From Pelomyxa schiedti (lineage: Eukaryota; Protista; Evosea): a DNA stretch of 64,000 nt. Shown here piece after piece: positions 1 to 13,200 of the stretch (positions are counted from its first letter, which is position 1; each line of letters opens with the position of its first letter). The position numbers and the translations under genes were made by a program. Below the pieces are notes generated by a model, which saw nothing but the letters and a program-made list of their open reading frames with translations, had not been told where the DNA came from and made no database searches. Location: positions 1,089 through 65,088 of the forward strand of contig JAHLWZ010000871.1 of assembly GCA_020536535.1 (NCBI GenBank), read 5' to 3'.

Positions 1-1177
1 GCAGGTGCCGCGCCACACCATCGACGGCATCACCCGCTACCTCGTCGACACCAACGCCAACCACGGCGGCGTGTTCGCCACCTCTGTCGCCAGCGACGCC
101 TCGGTCCGCCGCGCGCGCCAGGCCGCGGCCGACTTCCTCAACGCGCCGTCGGCCGACGACATCGTCCTGGGGCCCAACATGACGACGCTGACCTACCGCC
201 TCGCCCGCGAGCTCGCCGCCCTCGTGTCCCCCGGCGACGCCGTCGTCGCCACGCGCCTGGACCACGACGCCAACGTCAGCCCGTGGGCGGCGCTGGCGGC
301 CGAGCGCGGCGCCCGCCTGGTCCTGGTGCCCTTCGACCCCGCCACGGGCCTGCTCGACATGGGCGAGATGCGCCGCGTGTGCCGGGCGCTGCGCCCCCGC
401 ATCGTCGCGGTCGGCTACGCCTCCAACTCGCTGGGGACCGTCAACCCCGTCGCGGAGGTCGTCGCGGCCGCGCGGGAGGCCGGCGCCGTCACGTGGGTCG
501 ACGCCGTGCAGTGGGCGCCGCACGGGCCCATCGACGTGCAGGCCCTGGGCTGCGACTTCCTCGTGTGCTCGGCGTACAAGTTCTTCGGGCCGCACGTCGG
601 CGTGCTGTGGGGCCGGCGCGAGCTGCTGGGCGGCCTGGCCATGGCGCACAAGGTCAGGCCCGCGTCCAGCGACCCGCCCGAGAAGTTCGAGACCGGGACC
701 AACAACTACGAGGGCATATCGGGCCTCGGGGGCGCCTTTGAGTACCTCAGGTGGGTGGGGCAGACCTTCGGGGCCGAGTTCGCGCCGCAGCTCACGCAGT
801 TCACTGGGGACAGGCTGCTGTTCAAGCAGGCGATGCTCGCCATCAGGAAGCACGAGACCGCGCTGTGCAGCGAAATCCTGGCCATGCTCAAGTCGGTCAA
901 GGGAGTTCGCGTGTATGGCCCGGAGGACCCAAGCTTACGCGTTCCCACATTCTCGTTCACGATGGAGGGGAAGTCATCGCTGCAGGTGGCACGGCAGCTG
1001 GCAGATAGGGGGATTTATGTGTGGTCTGGGAACTTCTATGCCCCTGGTGTTACGGAGGCACTTGGACTGGAGACTGAGGATACTGGGCTTGTTCGCGTTG
1101 GGGCTGTGCACTACAACACATTGGAGGAAGTCAGGCAACTTGGGGTTGCTCTTTCCGCTATTTCCGGTTCCTCCTAG
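1..1177 (+). CDS. Class-V PLP-dependent enzyme, cysteine-desulfurase-like (VC1184/TIGR01976-type subfamily); 5' end truncated by the window
   Basis: Intronless 390-aa ORF with GPNMT, LDHDANVSPW, VDAVQ, CSAYKFFGPH (PLP lysine), FETGT and VRVGAVHYNT motifs. The position of the SufS/IscS catalytic Cys loop reads VWSGNFYA. Confidence 0.85.
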   Translation, partial: QVPRHTIDGITRYLVDTNANHGGVFATSVASDASVRRARQAAADFLNAPSADDIVLGPNMTTLTYRLARELAALVSPGDAVVATRLDHDANVSPWAALAAERGARLVLVPFDPATGLLDMGEMRRVCRALRPRIVAVGYASNSLGTVNPVAEVVAAAREAGAVTWVDAVQWAPHGPIDVQALGCDFLVCSAYKFFGPHVGVLWGRRELLGGLAMAHKVRPASSDPPEKFETGTNNYEGISGLGGAFEYLRWVGQTFGAEFAPQLTQFTGDRLLFKQAMLAIRKHETALCSEILAMLKSVKGVRVYGPEDPSLRVPTFSFTMEGKSSLQVARQLADRGIYVWSGNFYAPGVTEALGLETEDTGLVRVGAVHYNTLEEVRQLGVALSAISGSS

Positions 1178-1455
1178 TAGTAGAATTCTTTAGGATTCCG
1201 CATAATGCCAACAGGACACGACCATACAAGTTCTTGTTTTCCTCCTTGTTTGGTTTAATTTGCTTTGTTATTGAGAACCTAAGTCAGAGCATCTCACACT
1301 TCCTGATGTATTTTGGTTGGTGTTACCGTTCGCGAAAAAAAACCGCTAAGGGAAAAAAAAAATCAAAAAATTATAAACCAGAAACAAAGGGTGGTGCGTA
1401 GCCCGCACGAAAAGGGGAAAAAAAACAACAAAATAAACACGCGACCCCGGATCGA

Positions 1456-2528
1456 ATGAGCACACCACCAGCCGAAGATCTGGTGCGTAACATAACAATA
1501 AACAAACACGTACCCATGCACTACTTGCGTGGGCAACACACCGCTTTTTCTTTTTGCGTTTCGTCGTTTTTGAGTTCGTAGTTGTGTGGGTATTGTGTGT
1601 TGGGCTTTTTTTTTCCCCCCCGTCTAGTACTAACAAACAACCCCCATTCATTAGATCGTGAAAGGCTGGCTTGTAAAACTAGGCGCTATCCACAAAACGT
1701 GGAAAAAAAGGTGGTTCACCAACACGGCCTCTGAGCCATACATACTAGCCTACTACACAGATGAAACTTGTCGAGTGAAGAAGGTTACACAAATTACTTT
1801 CGTAATTGGCTCTTTGCCAACGTTCTCTTTGGCAGGGCCAAGTATCACTTCGAGAGGTTTATTCATTTAGAATTACTGTGGAGAACAAGGACAAGGGCGA
1901 TAAGCAACGAACGCAAATCTCTCTATCCACTCACGATAGGGATTGGAAAATGCGTGCTGACGGGGATAAGGCTGGGGAGCTCTGGACGGCTGGGTAAGAC
2001 AATATCATACAGAATTTTGTGCAGTTTATAATTTTGCATTCCAGAATCAATAAGTTGATGCAACAGGTGGTAAAAGAACGCAAAAAACCAGATGACCCCA
2101 AGCCGGCTGGTGCAACCACTACCACTCCTGCTACCACAACTTCTACACCTTCAACAACATCAACAACTCCAGCCACAACTACACCCACACCAGCACCGCC
2201 AACAGAGTTATATGCTACTGCTATAGCCTCGTACACATCCACAAATTCTGTATGTAATTTATGTGTTTACTGTTTGTTTATCACTTCCTCTCTTTTTTTT
2301 GTCCTATGTGTTATTTTTTTCCCTTCGACGCTAACCAGACGCAGAATGAATTGTCTTTCCAGCGTGGTGACAGGCTCAAAATTATTGATAAAGAGGACCA
2401 AGACGGTTGGTGGGCTGCAGAATTCAATGGCCAAAGAGGGTACGCTCTTAAAAACGTTATTTTCTCCGTCGAATTTACAACAAAATAGGTGGGTTTCCTC
2501 TTTTTATGTCACATTGGATACCAAGTAG
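1456..2528 (+). CDS. PH-domain plus SH3-domain adaptor protein with a Thr/Pro linker (multi-exon)
   Basis: Spliced MSTPPAEDL|IVKGWLVKLGAIHKTWKKRWF...LAYY (PH); ATAIASY...NELSFQRGD...DGWWAAEFNGQRG|WVSSFYV (SH3); GT-AG introns; TAG at 2526-2528. Confidence 0.85.
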
Positions 2529-2642
2529 TGGGTTGGGTTGTATAACATTGAAAAACAAAAACAAGTAAATATTTTTGTTCCTTGTCCAAACACAAATTTG
2601 TCTTTCCAAAACGTGTCTATTTTAAATTTCTGGGTAAGTGAC

Positions 2643-3588
2643 TCACGGGTTATTTTGTGCTGTATGCGCACAATCCGCAAATGCACGGACGGTCCAGGGT
2701 GCGGTCGAGGAATCACGCCAAAAATGAGACACCGCACAGTATCCCGGAGTATCTTCAACAGGCTTCCCTGCAAGTTTCTCTGAAATGGACTGGAATCCAT
2801 ATCTTGGTTGAAGTGAGTACAAGAGGCCAGGGGTACAAAAAGTTACCCATGGGTGACAAGTATCAGGCAGGGAGCCGGCGGCTTGGATAATAGTGCATCA
2901 ACTGTGTCCTTGAATCGCTGCCAGAACACCGGTCTGGCTTCAGGGTAGGTAGGAAAGTCATGTACAGACACATATGTGGTATCCACAAGCCGTGTAGGGT
3001 CAGCCGGAAGTGCCGGCAAACCACATTCGGAAATTACACTTGACATGATTGCAGGAACCTGCACCACTGGAAGCATTCTAGGTTGACAGGTGAATTCATA
3101 TCCCTCACGCAAGCCCTCCGCCAATCCATTCTCTATACGTATAGGAATTCCCAGTTTAGCCGCGATTGGTGATGCAGTCTTGAGAGAATAAGTAATACGA
3201 AGCAACCATGGCCGCAAACATTCACATATTAATTTCACGCTTTATTCCACTGGCAGTCCCACCCTCCCACAATCCAGGTAGGTACCTGTATCGTGCGGAG
3301 AAAAGGGGAGCACAAAATAGCGGCGGCGGCAGGGGTCGCGTCCGCCCCCCCTTCGGGGTATCCTACGGCTATGCCCAGGCCCCCAGTGATCGACTGGGAG
3401 GCTATGCGGGCGCCAGTGGCGTGGGCCAGAAGCATGCCTGAGTACGTGAGAGGGGGGTCGTGCCTCGTGTCTGCGTGGGTGTCGGGCCACGTCGGGTCCA
3501 CGTAGTCCTGCCTCTCTCCGTGCCTAACTACCCACACCTCGTGGACCTCGCATCCCGTTCCTGTTTGTGCTGGAGTGTGTGACTTCAT
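2643..3588 (-). CDS. Histidine phosphatase / phosphoglycerate-mutase family protein (3 exons)
   Basis: VVRHGERQD, DPPLT, CSPFLRTIQ|TA, IENGLAE and ILVTHG motifs; last exon ends ...AHTAQNNP with TGA at 2645-2643. Confidence 0.85.
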
Positions 3589-4056
3589 TTTACTGTTCGT
3601 TGTTGTGTTGTGTCGCGGGGTACTGGACTTTGGACCTCTGGAGGCTTAAAGGGCAGGGGAAACGGTTCCCAGAAACCTGCAACTTTTTCTTTTTCCGTCA
3701 TCCCCTGTACACAGTGTACTACTTGGACAATTTCTCTTCTGCACATAAAAGCTCAGGGCACTGTCCCTCACAAGTATTACCAAAGAGCAACGCCTCAGCT
3801 TGCTTTGGAAAGTCTCCGTTTGGTTTTTCATGTCAGGTGATAGACCTCGCCATCGTTTTGTGGGCTCACAGCCAAAAGTTTGGAACCAAACGGGAAACGC
3901 CTCTCTGGGAAACAATTTTGTTTGTTGTGACTATGTTTTCCAAGTGGCGGGTGTTGACAGCCACCACATCACAACAAACAAAATTTTTTTTTGTCAAAGC
4001 AACGGTGGAAGGTGGGTGTTTGGTGTTTAGACAGCCTTGACAGACACTCAAATCAT

Positions 4057-4839
4057 TTACTTCAGAGGGATAAACCGAGAGCTGTGGGTGGCTATTGGAA
4101 CGAATCAGTAAATCAAAATACATAACACAAAAAGAGGGGTAATACGGACCTCCAATTCCAGGTCGGCCGTGGCGGACGGGCTTGTATGTGATGGAGAACT
4201 CACCAAGGTAGTGGCCAATCATCTCAGGCTTGATTTCGACCTGGTTGAAGGTTTTGCCGTTGTGAACGCCAACAACGCTGCCAATCATTCCTGGCAGAAT
4301 GACCTTATCGCGGCAATGTGTGTTGATGCATTTGGGCTTCTCGCCTACTGCCAAATGCAGTTTCTAAGATTTGTAAGGAAGAACTTAGAGAATATATTAG
4401 GGAGGCACTATTAAGGACATATATAAATAATAAAAGTCTGGTAATACTTACAGAATTGTGAAGTTTCTTGCTGAGTTGAATGTGTTTGTGCTTAACACCG
4501 CGGGTGCGGGAGCGGCGTTGTCGTGCATTGAGAAGTTGGTAAACAGCGGATTCTTTCATTTCCAAGAGGTGCTCAAGGTCCACCCCTCTGAATTCGAATT
4601 TCTTGAAGGACCTCTTCTTGAGCTCACGCGCTTCGCGTGACTAACCACATGGAAAAAGGTCAGATAACTAGCAACGTAAAAACAGGAAAATCGAACGTAA
4701 CAAAAAAAAAAAAAAACGCGTAAATACGAGGGGAAAAGAAAAAAAAAAGAGAGAGATGTACTTCGGCTTCGGTCATAGGGACAGCTGCGGCGGTTTCGGT
4801 GGCGGCAGGCGCCTCAGATGCAGGTGTCGTGTCTGTCAT
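4057..4839 (-). CDS. RPS15: 40S ribosomal protein S15 (uS19), 4 exons
   Basis: [19 protein letters not shown]...[51 protein letters not shown]|[11 protein letters not shown]. Confidence 0.97.
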
Positions 4840-5247
4840 TTTCCTATCGTGCGAAAATAGGCGAGGTGCTGTGGGCACGCGACGGAAAAATACGCTACGA
4901 GGGCTGGCGGAAATTTAAACAGGAAGAGATCCAAAGGGGAGAAAAAAAAAGGGTAGAACTCTGACGCAATTTCACACTTGTTCTTCGTTTTAGCCCTTTA
5001 GACTTAGACGTTTCGATTAGAACTGTTGAAGTTCAAGTGGGGGTTCTGCTAAGTGCAAGTGTGAACTTTCCAACAGAGCGTGTAAGTCTTGTTCGGTTAA
5101 TATCTTTCTGTTTGGGCAGCTGAACAATGGATTTTCGGTTTTCCCGTTGATCAGCGGTGGCATGTTTCGCCATCAGAAACGTAACCATTTCAAATGGTTC
5201 AGACGAGTTCCTTTCCGTTAGAAACCAAAATTACAAACAAAATACCC

Positions 5248-6222
5248 ATGTCTACTGGTCAGTGCCTCCACCAACATCGCAGGAACACGGGTACCCAACA
5301 AGAACAAGGAGAATGCGAACTGAGCTTGGAAATGCTTGTTCCTGCTGGATTCTACGAGAATTTCTGGTGGAGCCAAGAGGACAACATGTGGATACCAAGG
5401 AAAAGGAACGCCCCCGACAGAATTATGGAGGGTCTTTTTCTTGGAGATGAGGAGGACGCTTTCGACCATGAAGTATGCCCATTGTAGCTCACTTTTCTTT
5501 TTATAACTGTAGGAAAAGGTTTTGGATGAATTGGACATAACACACGTGCTTTCAGTCATGGAAATCGATGATATGGATACCCACCTTTCCCATTTTGATC
5601 CGTCTGTAATTGTCAAAGCAATATCGTGTGTATATCCTCCCATATTCAATACAGAGAAAAACAAGTTATCCTTCTTGAATAACTCGAGGTTGTAAACAGA
5701 ATTCCGGATATGCCTACAGCAGACTTGTCACAGTATTTTGACAAGGCCATTACCTTTATAGGACAGGCGATACGCGGAGGTGGGAATGTGCTAGTTCACT
5801 GTGTATGGGGAATGAGCCGAAGTGCTACCGTTGTGATTGCCTACATAATGTATACTCTCGGGGTTGGATTCCACACCGCTCTGAGGTGTGTTCAGCTATG
5901 CCGGCCAATTGTATTCCCGAACCTGGGGTTTGCCAAGCAATTGGTGAAGTTTGGAAACCGGAGGAGAGTAACAAACCTCCGAATTTCAACAGAAACTATC
6001 ACAACGATTGCGGCACCAGAGGAACCCATAAGTTTGTACTATTCCGGAGTAGCTCTGCCCCACTACGACAACCAGACTCAGTTCACTCTCACAAAGCAGG
6101 ATTGCACCAACAATCATCCCACAATCTCCAACCAACACATCGCGGCGGCATCGTCCTCTGCACCAGAGGCCTCGAACCGCCAACAAAATTCTCCTCCAAC
6201 CAACGACTCTGTGCACTGCTGA
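5248..6222 (+). CDS. Dual-specificity protein phosphatase (atypical DUSP type)
   Basis: IMEGLFLG, ITHVLSV, IPDMPTADL (general-acid Asp) and VLVHCVWGMSRSATVVIAYIM (HCX5R), then PNLGFAKQL. Start could be 5194 or 5248. Confidence 0.9.
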
Positions 6223-6366
6223 GACAGGTATTTTGTACTAGTTAATTTTGTCAATTTTGAGCTTCAAAATGATAAATTATGTTTTCGTTTCGTTCCTTTT
6301 TCCGGTAAAACCCACCGTTTCAACAGCCAGTGTACAAAAAAACCGAGTCTTTTTTTTTTCCTTCTC

Positions 6367-7862
6367 CTAACTTTTGTTGGTTGGGCTTCGGCGCTGTTCT
6401 GTTGGCGTTGGTGGCGAATCTACACGGCGGAGGGACGACGCCAGCGTCGGGGCAGCTCTCGTGGCCGCGGTCGTAGTTGCTACGAGGCTCGCTGCCGTTG
6501 TTGGGGCGGCTCTCGTGTCGGTTGTCGTTGTTGACGACAACGGAGTTGGCGGCGCAGGCGTCGGCGACGGAGTCGGCGTTGTGGTGTTGATGGCGGAGGT
6601 CGTTGACGCGGCGACGATTTCGTTGAATCTGGGAAGAACCGGCGGCTGGGATGCGGATTGTGGGATGGTGGTGGGCGTGGTGGTTGTGTAGAAGTCACGC
6701 CGAGTGTACAAAGTACTGGGCGTTTGAAATCGCTGAATTTGTTGCGGTGGTTGTTGTTGTTGTTGTTGCTGGAGCAGCTTGAGTTGGAAGTGTTCTTCAT
6801 CCATCAAGTTGTTGTATTCTACTTCTTCATCTTGTTCTTCCTCTGCTTCGTTGGGGAGTTGGTGTGGTGGGGGATGATAAAGCGGCGGAGGGGGTGTGAA
6901 GAGAACCGGCTGTGGTGGGGGAAACAGTAGGGAGCTAGGGGGTGTGGACAGTATTACCGGCAGTGGAACTTTCACTTGATGCGGGGAAAGCGGGGGTGGA
7001 GCCAAAATTCCAGTGGTTTCCGGTGAGGGTTGTTGTGGCTCGGAACTGGGCTTCGGCCGCTTTTGTGCCTTGTGGTGGCTTGTGGACTTGGAGGAAATTA
7101 GCCGGTGCTGACTATAAACTGTTGTAAAGGTAAGTGTGATTTCCAATTAACCTTTGTTACTCACATTTTGTCTTATGCATGCGGGATAGTAAGTCGAAAG
7201 TTGAAGACCTTGGAGGGGGATTACAGAGTCCAGTGACTACCAGTGTGATGCTGGAATTTATGTGATCTCTAAGTGGAGTTAGTATTATGTCCACATACTA
7301 GTAAAAATCTAGCAATACCTGGATGAACTGCAATTTGATCGACAACTATCAAATGTAAACATCTCAGAGTCATCATCCATGACTTGTGGAACGAGATCAC
7401 TGGAAGTTGACACTGTTATCAGAGGAACTTTGAATGTAGAACATCGCGAACACGTAAGTGGCTCTTTTTCCATGTTAAGATTTCAGAAGCTACATCCTGC
7501 AAACCGTTTGAGTCGGGCGGACAGCATATGGAATTTATTCCAGCATTGTAAACCATTTCGTCAGTAATACGATTAGCTGCCCTCCAACCAGCAAGGAAGA
7601 TTACAGACACCTAAGGTTTAAAAAAAAAAAACCAAAAAATGAATTAGACAACACTGTATCCAACCAGAAAATCAAAATAACACACCGAGAAAGGCTGGTT
7701 TCGAAATATCTTGTATGCTGACAATACCACAACTACAGGCTGCTGTACCGTTGGTGTACCCGGCACACTCCCGTTTCTTGGTCTGTTGATATCCCCGGTC
7801 GTATTACGACTGTTGCCACTACTCCTGCCAGTCCCTTTTGCCCTTCCTGCTGACGGCCGCAT
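6367..7862 (-). CDS. Putative CudA-like amoebozoan DNA-binding protein with a Pro/Gln/Thr-rich C-terminal region
   Basis: Spliced N-terminal domain contains FRNQPFS|VSV and FTFDSCRSNCSSS|RDHINSSITLVV, which I recall from CudA-family proteins. It is followed by poly-Q and P/T-rich segments typical of transactivation regions. The family call is from motif memory. Confidence 0.55.
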
Positions 7863-8561
7863 GTAGAAACACAGCGCAAAAGAGGTTTATTTATTTGTTT
7901 GTTGCTATGTGGTTTTTTGTGTGTGCTTTTGTGGTTGTGTCTATTGGCCTTCGTGCTGCGCCGGAATGTACTTTCACTTGCGGTGCTTGATTATGTCACA
8001 GGGTTTTTTCCCATTCACCTAAAGGAGGAGCTTCCTAAAGGGCTCTAGATACTGCCTGTTTAGTTGTAAGTTCGTGATGAGTCCACGTAACCAAGCAGGA
8101 AGACGATCTTGACTGTTTTGGGATGTTGCCTGATCTAGTACTAGATCCCATTACGATTTTCCTGTAATGCCAAATCACAATTGTGCGGCGCCAAAACACG
8201 CAACTGTGGCTATCGATTTTCACTTGCAGGACATCTTCTTCTTGCCTTTTATCTCAACCCCCATGTCCTCTACTTTCTGTGGGATTGATGACACACGGGA
8301 AAAGCCCCGCAGTTTTACGCGGGGTGAAAGCTGTGCAATTTTCGAAGCAGACCTTAACTAGACTCCTCTTTTGGACAGGTATTTGCTCGGGGAAGAGAAT
8401 AGAATGAGACGCCACTCCCATGCAAGACCATTAACTAGTAATAAAAAAACTTTTGGTTCGTTTTTGGAAAAACGGTATCTTATTGTGGCAAAAGGAGGAA
8501 GCAGCTGCAATAATCAAAGTGCCTTTCACACTCAACTTTGAATGGCAGGGCTTTGTTACTG

Positions 8562-9940
8562 TTATGAACTGTTGCCAGTGTTGAGGTGGTCAAACATCCC
8601 GTTGGCCGAAAAATCACTGTCATCAACGGGGTCCGGCTCAACAGGTGGGGGTAGTGGCTTCAGAACAACTTCAAGGAACTTTCTCAGCACTTGGAGGCCA
8701 TATATGACAGCCGCGACCATTTCGTACAGGAAGAGTGGCCGGTGGGCAGAGTCCAAGCCTAAGAGGTGTTGGGGAGTACAAAGAACTTTTGGAATGTATA
8801 CCGTGGTACGCTACAACAACATATAGAAGGAGCCCTACATGTAAGAATGATGTAAGAAGCGCTGTTGCTGTCAATATCCACTCATGGCCTGCATTGGTTG
8901 AAGAATCAATAAAACGGGATTAATACAAAGGGTCACACTCTCAAATCGTGATGCCTTGTGTGTACCAGGTGAACCGGAGGGCTGTTTGGGTTTTGGTTTT
9001 CCAACTGCAGCAAAGCAGCACACTAAAGTTTGCCACAGTATCTGAAGGGTATACATGAAAAGTAAGAGAGCAATCACGTGAGAGGCCATGGAGTCCGCAA
9101 ATCCGAGAAAATGAGACGGAAGTAAGACAATGATGGAACTGCTTGTCATAAGCACATCCCACAATATATTTGTGCGGCGTAGTTCCAGGAATCTCTCGAT
9201 TTTCATGGGGTCCCCATTGATATGGAGTACGAGGCCATTTATCACAGCTACGACAGACGCAAGTAAAACCCAAGCCACGAAATAGGTTATGATCTCAGCA
9301 ACTTCCTGAATCAAGTTAACTTTGCAAAAACTGTCAGGGCTCATACTAAGAGACTTTGGGTTTGTGCAGAAAGTACAAGGTTTTTCGCTCGTGTCCGCGT
9401 CCTATCTATCCATACCATAAGCCCCAGAAGACAAGTACCAATTACTTCAACGCGGTAAGTACAGTGAAAGCGTGTAAAGCATGTAACACACAGGCAGCTG
9501 AAAGCATAACAGTTGTAGAACTTGACATTTGGTAAAGCTGCACAAGGGTGGATGGAATTCCAGAATAGCCGTAGAAAGAATACACGATGTGCATTTTGTC
9601 CTCGTGGGCTGCTAGAAGCAACACTACCACTGTTACAAACGCCGCAGCAGAAATACCCAAGTGAATTGAAGCTCTGCGCTTTTCGTAGTAGTACTTGCGG
9701 CGTCGCCACTCCACGCATCGTTCCTTTTTAGAGTTTATTATTACATAATAATAAGAAAGTGCTTAAAAAGCAAGCATCAAACTCCAAAAGCCCAGCACCG
9801 AAATAGGAACCAAAACACGAATGAAAAGTACTCACTGCAACGGGAGAAACTCTCAACTCGTTTTCCAACTTGGCGAGCTCCACAGCGGCTTGCTGTTGAG
9901 CCATAGCCTCACATTCCTTCATACTTAGCTTCCTTCGCAT
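8562..9940 (-). CDS. Hypothetical multi-pass membrane protein (about 7 hydrophobic segments)
   Basis: Consecutive minus-strand ORF pieces join with GT-AG introns from MRRKLSMKECEAM (ATG 9940). The 3' end is uncertain and further exons toward ~8350 are possible. Confidence 0.65.
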
Positions 9941-10232
9941 TTGTGTCGCTTTCCCGGTCCTAGGTACCGCACGGCGATGTCTCCTTTTTTTTGTTGTTTC
10001 TTTTTCTTCCTTGCCTTGTTGTTTCAGCTTGGTTTTCCTTGTTTTTCGGAGTCCAGAGATCACCTCCCTAACCACGTACTCTCAGTCTCAATCATTGAGC
10101 TCTGATGGTACTAGACTACTCTCTCTCCCATATCCCACATTTCCAGTCCTGTAGAAGGAGGTCCTTGCTTCCTGAAGGGAGGAACTTCCGGGAGGATCTG
10201 ATGGTCCTTTTTTTATTGTTTCGCTTTTTTTT

Positions 10233-13200
10233 ATGCTACGGCTAGGGTTCCACCAGCAGATTCTTCGACACTTGTTACCAACAAATGTGTGCGTAGTAGA
10301 CACCATTCCCAGATCTCCCACATCTGCCGCCTCTGGCGATAATGACGACGACTGCGTTGTCGTAGATCCGCACCCACACTCCAGCACCGACACCACCTCC
10401 ACTTCTACGATGTGTTGCGATTCCGGCGACTTTGGCACTCGCAATGCCTCTACCACCTCGTCCTCGGCATATTCACTCCAAACCGATGTTGAAGGAGAAG
10501 GGGAAGATGACTGGGGAAATTGCTTGCTGGTTGTTGGCAGAGGATTGAGGTGCGATAGGGTAGTGGCTTCCTTTTTGCGAATTTGTGCTGATCAGCACTC
10601 TGCTATTCATCGGCGCCCTAGTGTGAGTATGACCAGTGCATCCGGCGCAAGCTCAAGCCCCATCATTCCTGCGGACGTGGTTGTGGGACAAACGACGCCA
10701 CCAACTGCCAGTGCTTTGGCGACACCCCAACAAAATGCGACGTCGTCGTCCCCTGTTTTGGGTGATTCACCTCTGCTTCCAATTGCAGATAGCATGACAG
10801 GACGCGGCCTTGTGTTCGTGCTGGGTGTCAAGAAGTATGAACAGCTTTTCCTGGTGGAGGATTGTGCTAGAGCGGCGGCGTACCCTCTACCTGGTGTCTT
10901 GGATTACTTGCCAAATGAGAGAAGCGGAAAAACACTCCTTCCCGTAATTGTTGACTCAGAGACTTCTCCTGCTGAGAGGTATTTCCTTTTGTTTGGTGAT
11001 TTCTGTGAATGATTCCCAAGTCTGGTGAAGAGCTACCATGTACTCCCATGGAGGGGTATTTATAGTTTCTAATCGAATTCTCATTGTGGATTTGCTGAGT
11101 AAAAAATTACCCACCAATTGGGTTACTGGTTTTGTTGTACTCAATGCTGAGAGGTTATTTCTTTAACAGCCTCAACCATCATATAATGCTCCTAAGGATC
11201 GCCACCGACTCTAGTGAAGCATTCATCTTGAGATACTACAGACAACACAACAAAGTTGGCTTCATAAGCGCATTTTCTGAAGCGGCCAACACATTGAGAG
11301 GTGGGTTTGCCAAAGTGGAAAAACTGATGAGGTTATTATTTGTGAAGAAGCTCTACCTCTGGCCAAGGTGTTAGAATTTGTGTACCTGGAACCTCTCACA
11401 AAGCATAATCTCAGGTTTCGAGTTGAAGTGCAATCAGATTTAGATAGTCACACACCTCAAGTGTTTAACATAAATATCCCTCTTACTGAGTCTATGAAGA
11501 AGATACAAACATCGTTACTTGGAGTCATTAAAGCTTGTATTAAGGAGTTGGCCCAAAGTCATCATGTAACAATAAGCATACTTTTGAGGCAGTTAAATAC
11601 CTTTGCTTCAGCTTGATGATGAAACGAATGTTGAAAATACTCTATTTGCTGGATTTACACAGCATCTCCATGCTCAACTTGACACTATGTGGGGAAAACT
11701 TAGCTCAAAAGCGAAGCAGCTTCTTGGCGACTTGATAGCACTCCATAAACTCCTTACTCACCACCTTCTGCATTCAAATTGCGTCGACTTCTTGGACTAC
11801 CTTGAAACACTAAGGACAACACAATTCTCTGCCGAGTCAGGCTGGGTATTCCTTGAGCAGGCCAATACACTATTTGCAGTAAGTAATCTGCCAAACGGAT
11901 TGTTTCAATTCCCACTCTCGATAGGAAGCAAGAAAACGTGTCTACTTAAAGAACTCTGCAGCAGAAGTAGTAGAAGTTCTGGAAGAAAATCCAAAATGGG
12001 AGATCCTGAAACAAGTATTAACTGAGATTATTCAGACCAGTACCGGAACACAGAGTAAATTCTTTAATTTACTAAGTTGCTAAGTTGCCTTGTGATGATT
12101 GTTGTAAAGTCATTGGTTTAAGTATGAGTGATCTTAATGGTCACAATGACAAAAACCCTTACTCATCTGAAGGCGAATATCAAATCTGATAATTTTTTTC
12201 CAAAGCACTTATATATTAAGATACTAGTCAACAAGGATGCATTCTGGTTCTAGTGAACGACGAGCGTACCTGTTACAGTCTCCAGAAATGCCTGCACTTA
12301 GGTGCCAAAGGTTACCTACAGGAAGCTTACAAGCACTACCTTCATAATAAAGAAAATCGAAGCTCTCTCGTAAAAAGTACCTTTGGCGTGTAATGTAAGA
12401 TTGGATACTCAACTATTCTTATTGCACAGCTCCCAACCTCCAATACCAAGATAAGTGGTATAAGCACAAGCCAAAGCCTGCAAAGACTGTAAAAACTGCA
12501 AAACAGAATTCAAAGGAACTTTCCAGTGGGTCTGCTAAAAAGACCCCAAGCAAAAGGCCTCCTGCCAGTAAGGTTAAAAAAACACCAGCATCCAAAAAAC
12601 CGGCAGGAAAGAGAAGGAGAAAATCTGATCCCCTCACCATACCTCCTCAAACTGGTAGAGCCATTGAAGTCATCACCTCAACATCGACCAATACTACTGC
12701 CACCACATCAATGAGTACTCATAGTTCACCCCTTGCAACCCACATTCCTGCAGACACCTCTACATCAACAAGCCCAACAGCCCAGACCTCACTTAAAGCA
12801 CTTAAATCAGACTCTGCTCCAGTCGGCAATGATTTGGACTATGTATGGAACTTTAGTTCTGAATTTGGCATCGTGACACCCCCATATGTACTTATACACC
12901 CAATGTGGGAGTGTGGCCGCTTATTGGATGAACTCAAACCCAACTACATTGTTCTCTATGACCCTGATGTCTCTCTGGTCAGGCAAATTGAGGTTTTTTT
13001 GAATTTACACCCGATTTTTCACTAAGTTTTCTGCACAAGATCTTTAAGGCTGAGAATGTTGGGACTCCTGTAAGTGTTTATTTCATGTGTTATGAGGTAC
13101 TTGCGGGTACACACTTTTCCTGCATTCTAAGAGAGGGTAGGACTCGGTTGAGAAGCAAAAGTATATGACTTCACTGAAAAAAGAGGCCGAATCATTTGAA

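Noticed and set aside
193-1193. Several overlapping alternative-frame and antisense ORFs within the first gene
   Set aside because: By-product of very high GC3; no motifs.
3567-4040. 157-aa plus-strand ORF between the phosphatase and RPS15
   Set aside because: Non-ATG start, atypical composition, no motifs; overlaps UTR/promoter sequence.
4624-4640. Inverted repeat tcacgcg-ctt-cgcgtga at the start of RPS15 exon 2
   Set aside because: A 7-bp stem inside coding sequence; within chance expectation.
8132-8147. Perfect 16-bp palindrome gatctagtactagatc, with nearby GTGATGA...CTGA boxes
   Set aside because: About one such palindrome is expected by chance in 64 kb; no terminal stem or recognisable rRNA guide supports a snoRNA.
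8285-8336. Hairpin ccccgc/gcgggg after TGATGA, considered as a SECIS element or hammerhead
   Set aside because: Spacing does not fit SECIS, no selenoprotein gene is adjacent, and the CUGANGA/GAAA core is incomplete.
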